A stretch of DNA of 54,065 nt, filler included, from Dimargaris cristalligena (taxonomy: Eukaryota): the NCBI GenBank assembly GCA_003614675.1. It is 2 parts of 2 records of this genome, joined end to end, with 100 filler letters (N's around TTAATTAATTAA, not from the genome) between each part and the next. Parts side by side here need not be neighbours in the genome. Positions count along the whole stretch, not along the records: positions 27,084 to 54,065 come from ML002529.1; 1 more part is not named here. One strand, given 5' to 3'. Position 1 is the first letter of the stretch. The number at the start of each line of letters is the position of its first letter. A model generated the notes under the pieces. It had not been told where the DNA came from and did not search any database. It saw nothing but the letters and a program-made list of their open reading frames with translations. The position numbers were made by a program, and so were the translations under genes. This document shows, piece after piece, positions 47,223-54,065 of this stretch.

Positions 47223-50161
47223 TTACTGACGGCCACTGCCCCAGAAATTACCTAATAAACCCTTGATACCCCCCAACACACTTTCCTCTTTACCGGCGCG
47301 TTTCTTCACCAAATCAATGGGTAGGTCAATATGGCTACCCGCCAAGTCAAAGAACATGGGCTTATAGGCCAATGGTTGGAAACGGGGCGGGAAATCGACC
47401 AGGTACGGAACATCGGTAGGGGGTTGGGGGGCCTTGTCAGTCGATTTGGACGGAGAAGTAAAGGACGGTACGGTCGGCTGAATAAAGGCCAGTTCGCCGT
47501 TCGACCGTTCGTCGATAAGGGGAATAGGCTGGGAGCGCTGACGCTGACGGTCGTTGTCGTGGTCGTGGTCAGCGGGTTGCGATTCATCCAAACGCAGGGC
47601 CCGACGGAACTGATAGGTCAAATCATCCTTGGCTTCCGTGGGGGCGTCTCCCCCTTCAGCAAGATACCACATGGCATGGGTTTGGACCTTACGGGCGTTA
47701 ATGGCGGACTGCAAGCGTTCAATCACGGCCAGTTGGGCCACGAGGGCGTCGGTGGTATTCGGGCTAATGTCCAGCGAATGCTCGGCCGACCGGAACGTAA
47801 GGCCCTGGAACCCGAGTTGGTAGTCCGCCGGGGTTGTGGTGGCAGTGGCATTGGCATTGGGGCGGCCACCCAGTTGGGATTTACACTGAATCAAGTACGA
47901 TAACGCCCGGTCGTAGAGGGCGGTCGCTTCGGTGAACTGCCCCGCATTATCGTAGGAGCCCGCCACCAGGAGGGTTCGTTGGGCACGGGTATGTAACAGT
48001 ACGGCCCGGGCCGTCCGACCAAGCACGGGAACACCTTCAACCAGAGCGAGGTCTAGGATAGCCTGCAGCGACTCGATGATTTGGTTAAACTGGTTGACCA
48101 AGGGGGCCAGGGCGGTATTACGCCGCTTAACCGAAAGCTCAGCGTTGTCGAGCACCCGCAGGGCCAACGTTTGTTGGATATCAAAAGCGCCTTTCGGTTG
48201 CGGGCTCCCCACTAATTGGGCGTGGATTTGGGTCCAGGCCAGGTAAATGGAACTCAATGCGTGTCCCAAACGGGACCAGTCCAGAACGGCCCGCAGGTCC
48301 GCCAAGCGACGGTCAGCCGATTGGGAGGCCACTTTCAGGCGGGCCGATTCGGCTTCGCTCAGCTCGCGTTCACCGAGTTTCACCGCAGTAGCCCATAATT
48401 TCATCGCCTGCGTCCATGCTGACAAGCTACACCCAGGGAGTCTCAGAGGGGCCAGTAGGTCCACCAGGATGGCACCAAGGGTTGTCTGGGACAGGGGCAG
48501 ATCAGCGGAAGAGAGGGGGCGTGTGGTCGACGACGAAAGGGTCGTCAGCAGGTTGTCGGTGGCCGACATGGCAGCCAACAGGGCTTTGTTCATATTGGCC
48601 CCTCCGGTAAGGGGACACTGGACCCCAAACCAGTTGAACCCCACGGTAGACTCAGTGTCGGTCTCCATCGCTTCGACGGCTTTAGGTTCGCCCTGCAGGA
48701 CATTTCGCAGATTCTGGGCATTGGAGTCGGCGGATGAAATGGTGGTAATGCTCGGGTGGTCCAGAGGAACGAAGCAAAGCTCGTCCAGGCTAGTCCACAG
48801 GGCCTGCCCTTTCGACTGGATGAAATCGCGGGTGAACCGGGCCCAGTCCCCGTCGCTGTTTTCTAAGCGCAGTTTATAGGCACAGTAACGGATCTGGGGG
48901 TCCAGCTCATCGATAAAAGAGTGGCACTGTTCCAGGTACTGGGGCCCAGCCGATCGACCGAGGTGCATGAAAATGTGCCGGGTAACGGTTAAAATATCCA
49001 GGGCGACGGACCAGTTGCCCTGGGCCAGCTGGACTAGGGAGTGAAGGTTGAGGAAGTAGGCGTAGGCTTCGAGACGAAGGGTGGGCATTTGTTCTAAAAG
49101 GGAAGTGCCGTTTAGTAGAGCCTGGGCGTAATAAATGGCCTTACGGAGACGCCGTAGATGGTGGTAGCGCTGGCGAGGCTCTCCGGAGGCATTGCTCGAT
49201 TCTTTCAGCTCTTGGGCATAACTCCAGGCGCGTTCAGCCTCTAGTAGTAGCGTGAGTAGGCATCTGGATAAATCAGAGGTAAAGACCATGACATAACAGG
49301 AGTGAGAGAGAGAGTTACAAACAGGACGACTGATTCAATATACAAATAATTAAAGGCAGATTGGCCAAATCGATGAAGAATTTCGAGACATTCGATTATT
49401 ACTTTTGTAATTATTGATAGTTAAAATGACTAGGATAACCATTGCTGCTATAATATTATGGGGGGAATCACCGAACTACTTACTGGCTGTTATCCGAAAC
49501 ATGATCGGCGGTGATGGCCTGAGGGGCAGTGGCCTTCTTCGAAACCTCGGCCAAATGAAGGGACTTGCGAACCGAGTGCAGGCGTTTGGTACAGAAGCGC
49601 CTGGTGATACAAAGAGATGCGGAGCGGGTAATATATAATAGAGTGGATTATTAGCATCGGGAAATTCGGACTAAGCGACCAAAAAATACACATACATGAT
49701 AGCGATTTGGTTAAAGCCATTGATTAGGTTTGCTAAGGGCGGTTCAGAGCTACTCTAAAGGTATCTTACCGATAACGAATATAGTCTTGCTGCCGCAGAC
49801 CGTTGGTAGTTCGAGCATCGTGAACGTAGCTGATAACTATTGGGGGTGGGGTAAATCATCGGATAGTTGGGTTTGTAAAGTGACGGGTGGAAGCATAAAC
49901 CAGGGACAGTGACTACGTTAGTGGGGGGTTAATGAAGAATGGCGCGGCACCGGCAGGGCACGCGGAAGTAGGAGAAATCCATGCGGATGGGTTAGGTGAA
50001 TGACTGAATGAGCCCTAAGCCAGGACATTCAGGCCGATCGACACTGTGTATTTAGAGATGGGGGTGACTTCGAAACTCAGACCAAAACACTCACTTGGTT
50101 GAAGGGTGGAGGAGGGCTTCACGGCTTCGTTGGAAGGGGGCGTCGTTGAATCCACGTCCAT
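47223..50161 (-). CDS. SRP68: Signal recognition particle subunit SRP68
   Basis: Exons complement(50095-50161, 49770-49836, 49484-49600, 47223-49263), 763 aa. Motifs NGLRQQDYIRYRRFCTKRL, LLLEAERAWSYAQELK, RLRKA, ELDPQIRYCAYKL, FPPRFQPLAYKPMFFDLA and GIKGLLGNFWG. The exon 1 boundary is the least certain. Confidence 0.92.
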
Positions 50162-50734
50162 GATAACGGAATAGCGGGCAGGGTGGGCAGATGGGGAGGG
50201 GGCACACTGAGTGAATGGATCAACCGAGGTGTCGGCGAGTAAAATAGCACAGTTCCGGCAATTAGACAGATGAAGAATGGGGCACACGGAGATGTATCGA
50301 ATTGACTTGTAAGAAGCACCTTCTTCAGCTCGTCGTTAGGGAAGGGAATCGAAAAATGAGAGTGAATTTAGAGAACTGCTCAGTTAGAAAAGGGGAGAGA
50401 GGATTCGGCGGGCTACCCTGTCGGCCAACTTGGCTTCGCTTGTGGTTCACACTCCCCTCTAACTTCAAGGACTTGTGTGTGGACAGTAGTTTGCCCAGCC
50501 AAGTAATGAAGCGATGTTCAAATTCCGTTGTTTTCCTTATTAGCCCGCCCAGTTTAAAAAATAGAGCCTCGCGCCCAGGCCATTTCACCAGTCTCCCCCA
50601 CTTGCTGCATTACCTTGCTAATCTATCTAGTTCTAACCTTCAGCACCCTCCCTTACCTTTGGTCCGTACTACCTTCACATTGCCCATCCTTTCATTCCCT
50701 TACCCGTGAAGCGGACTTGGTAAAGCCACCAACC

Positions 50735-53453
50735 ATGCTGTCTACTGCCTCTCTGGCCTCCCAAGCCCCAGCCGAGCTGGGCCCAGGCCTTAGTGTGCAG
50801 CTAACCCAAATGCTAGAGGCCCTGCCTACCTATAGCGCGACTGGTAATACTAAAATGGCCACGATTCAGCTCGAAAAATTCGCCGCGTTGGTCCAACATA
50901 CGGGCTTGTCGAAAGACCAGCTCCTGACCGTTCTGGGCTTCATTACCCACCCCAATACTGGTAAGCTACGATTAAACCACACCATACCTAGACCCGTTAC
51001 CCAAACGTGGCCCAGCCGGTGGCTAATCAAGCCGAATGGACATAAGAGCCACGCTATTACTGATGACATTTCAGATATTCGACTAATGATTGACTAAAAG
51101 AACCCTTCAATGAATATGGGTTATTATTACTATCGTTATGACTATTATTCATGTAGCTGCTTCGACTGCGCGCTTTCTCATCGACCAACTCTACCCACGG
51201 AACTCCGTGCCCATTGAAGCCGTACTACGCACCCTAGGTTTCATTTCACGGACGCAGTGCTATCCGATCCACGCCCGTCTCCTCCGCTGGGTCGTCCTGG
51301 TCAAAGACTTCGTCGACGACCCCGCTGCACTGGCCCAACTCTACGGCGTGTTTTTCCACTACCTGACTTACGAAACGCTACGTCCCTACGCCGCTCGGCT
51401 GCTCGTAGCACTCACCACCCAGCGCGTAGCCAAGCCCTTCCGGGTCCGCAAACTACTCACCCTGGTCGGCCAAGTTGGCAATGACCCCCATTTGCTGCTC
51501 TTGCTCTCCCTGTATCGAATCTACGCCCCGTCTGATATCATCATACCCACGGATCTACCGACCCCACCGCCGGAAAAGATGCGGTTTAAACTCGTGGATC
51601 GGCGGTGGCAGGAAACGGCGTTTCAGATCCAGCAACGGTGGCATAATGAAGCAGCCAACGAAGATACCGATAGCCACCCCATGCGGGCCCTCCTCCCGAG
51701 GGGAGGCGGTCCACCACCCATGGTGGCCACGTTTAAGGACCACTGGCGAGCGAACCAACGGGCCCTTCTTCCACCCATGTCCCACCAATACCCCGCCGCC
51801 GGTACCAACTCCTCCGAAACGACGCTCCCCTACCACCACCAGTCAACCATGGCCGCCCTCGCCGGGTTAACTACGTTTGCCGAATTCGCCCGCCTCGTTG
51901 ACCGGGTCCAACTGCCGGATCGGGCCGTGGCGGCCCTGGACCACCCGTTCCTCTCCCACCTCCTCGCCTGTACGACAGACCCCCGGCTACTGGCCCGCCT
52001 CAGCTACTGGCTCGAACAGTACCTCCACGAAACCGTGTTTTGGCCCGCACCCCATCCCACCCCACATGTCTATCGGCGCCCCACCCAGAGTGGGCTAGAA
52101 CTCGACGTGATGCTCCAGCGATTGCTCCGGGTAGCCCACATTACGCAGGAATTATTGCCGGTGGTCGAACGGTTTCTGATCCGCTATCTACGCACCTGGG
52201 ATGGCCAGGCCCACCGGAGTATGCTATTCGCCCTTCTCCCATTTATACGCTTAACGGCGTTTGAGTCGCTCTATATTTGGCTGCTCAAGCCTTTGCACCG
52301 TTTATTTAAAATGGCCGACCGCGACTGGCAGTGTCAGCTCCTACAGACTTACACCCAACTACTTAAACGCTGGTTAATTCGGGCCAATTTGGATGCTACC
52401 GCGCCGGCGTCAGAGTCGGAGTCGGAGTCAGGTTCAGAGTCGTCGGGTTCAGAGTCAGGGTCAAGGCCAACCACCAACTTCCGCCGCATGACAATCCCTG
52501 CCAATACCCTGTCCGATGGCTCCGCAGAATCGGATACCACCGCGGACCTGGATACCCACCTAACCCTGGTGGAATTCGTCGCCTACGTCAACAAACTATG
52601 TCTGCTAACTCTCCTGGCCAACCCCCGCCATCCGACCGTGCATACTACCATTCTCGCTTTTTATCGCCTCTTGGCTGCCGCTCCACAACAGTTCCGGGCA
52701 GTCGGCTTGTTGAGCTTACCTTCTTATCCCATCGTGCACCTCCTCTTCTTCTCCGGCCAAGCCGCCACGGTATCCGCCCTACTCGGTATCATTGCGGAGT
52801 ACCGTGTTGTACTCGACTTGGTAGCCCAGTCGGCACCTCCGCCTCGGCATCGAACCTCCCAAAGTAGGGGCAGTCAACCGCCGGCCTCCCCCTACGATGC
52901 CTTCGGACTAGGCGTCGATGAAATCAACCGATTCAACTTCCTCCTGCTGGATACGTGTCATGCGCTATGGACTTCTAGCGCTTTTAAACCCCCAGCCACT
53001 CCCCGTCCCCTCTTCAACGTATCCCCCGGATTTCTCGAATATTTACGGTCCGGGTTACCCATGGGACCCCGTACTCTCAAGTCGAGCTTCACGATTTTCA
53101 ATAATTTGGCCTTCGGGTCATTCCAAAGGGCCTTTATCCAACGGTCCGTCGCACCCCAATCCTCCTCCTCCTCCCCCACCCCAGAAGCAGCTTCCTCTTC
53201 TTCTCCATCCCGCATGGCCCTGTTTCCCTCCACCCCACCACCAATTTCGATCATGGGTACCATAGTACCGACCCACATCAACCAGGAATCATTCGGTCAA
53301 CTAAAACCAAGGTTGTTAGATCCTCAACTCCGCCACCTCTCCGAGTTTCGGTTGGCCTATTTGGCCTACCTCAAACAGCTGGGCTTTGGGGGCCTTAGTC
53401 GCTTTGTACATATCGCCATGTCGCCGCAGACCAAACGGCCCCATTCCAACTAA
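50735..53453 (+). CDS. MIS6: Inner kinetochore protein Mis6/CENP-I/Ctf3
   Basis: Exons 50735-50960 and 51157-53453 (GTAAGC...TAG, phase 1; 840 aa). Mis6-family segments LIDQLYP, LLRWVVLV, LYGVFFHYL..ETLRPYAARLL..LT...AKPFRVRKLL, LL.LYRIYAP, RLSYWL and FL.RYL.TWDG...LF.LL.FI...LLKPL..LF. Confidence 0.85.
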
Positions 53454-54065
53454 TCCTTGGCGCATCATGGACCAGCAACCATCATTAGAATCCCCATTTT
53501 TGAGAAGGGGCTTGCTAATTCTGTGACCATGCGTGATGCCGGGTGGTTCTTATATTCCAACTAGATCACTATAGCAATTATTCGTGCCAGACGCCTCTAT
53601 CTAGTTAATCAATCGGCCAAATTACTTATAGGGTATATTATTACAGGGGAATACCGCTGGATCACCTTGGCTTCCCGGTATTCGGCCAATGCGCTGCTCC
53701 TACTATCAGTTATTGAAAATCAGAACGTCCCACCACTGAAATTTCTGTACAAGGGATCTAAAACAATTACGGTTTACTAGAAACACTAACAATTGCAACA
53801 TGTATAGAAGAGATTAAAAAACAAACATTCCATCCGGTTATTAGAATAGAAGGTTGCAAAGGAAATTGTAATGGAGAGGGATGAACACAGAGGTGTAGAA
53901 AAGAGAAAAGACATGCAGACAGGTCATATAAATATTTTATATATATATAATAAAAAAATGGGCGGTTTTCTAAGCTGACCTACTCTCTATTATGTTAGTG
54001 ATATATTTATATAAAGACAGAGACTAAATGATAAATCTATTGCAAATCGCAATGGAAGCAGATAA

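Noticed and set aside
50015..50094. Extension of SRP68 exon 1 (SECFGLSFEV...SIGLNVLA*)
   Set aside because: Runs into a stop codon with no in-phase GT donor; the A|GTGAGT donor at 50094 keeps frame with exon 2.
1..54065. tRNA, rRNA or snRNA genes
   Set aside because: GTTCGA hits that I inspected lacked cloverleaf context and I recognised no rRNA or snRNA sequence; tRNAscan-SE and Infernal would be needed to exclude them.

Overview
Eukaryotic, fungal genomic DNA (GT-AG introns with CTAAC/TACTAAC branch sites). The gene content suggests an early-diverging, non-Dikarya fungus, possibly Zoopagomycota; this is inference only. The window is two contigs joined by an artificial N44-TTAATTAATTAA-N44 spacer at 26984-27083. 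I reconstructed 14 protein-coding genes, splicing by hand where needed: Ppn2/ApaH-like metallophosphoesterase, RPT6, an 11-exon lipoate-protein ligase, an Xbp1-type APSES factor, an RNI-like LRR protein, HSE1/STAM, a small secreted coiled-coil protein, a secreted F-box-like protein, an FHA-kinase (Chk2/Mek1 family), GPI14/PIG-M, a long coiled-coil protein, a Slt2-type MAPK, SRP68 and Mis6/CENP-I. Three observations stand out. (1) The coiled-coil protein at 40012-43178 has a CC1 box, a Spindly motif and a C-terminal CNQQ prenylation box, so it is probably a fungal Spindly dynein adaptor; it lies about 7.5 kb from CENP-I. (2) A signal-peptide plus F-box gene (29760-31420) sits in a gene-poor, repeat-relic region and is a candidate SCF-hijacking effector. 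(3) A 1.24-kb stretch with no CpG and visible TpA excess (32878-34115) looks like RIP-like hypermutation of a retroelement. Family assignments come from motif recognition by eye; no database searches were run.
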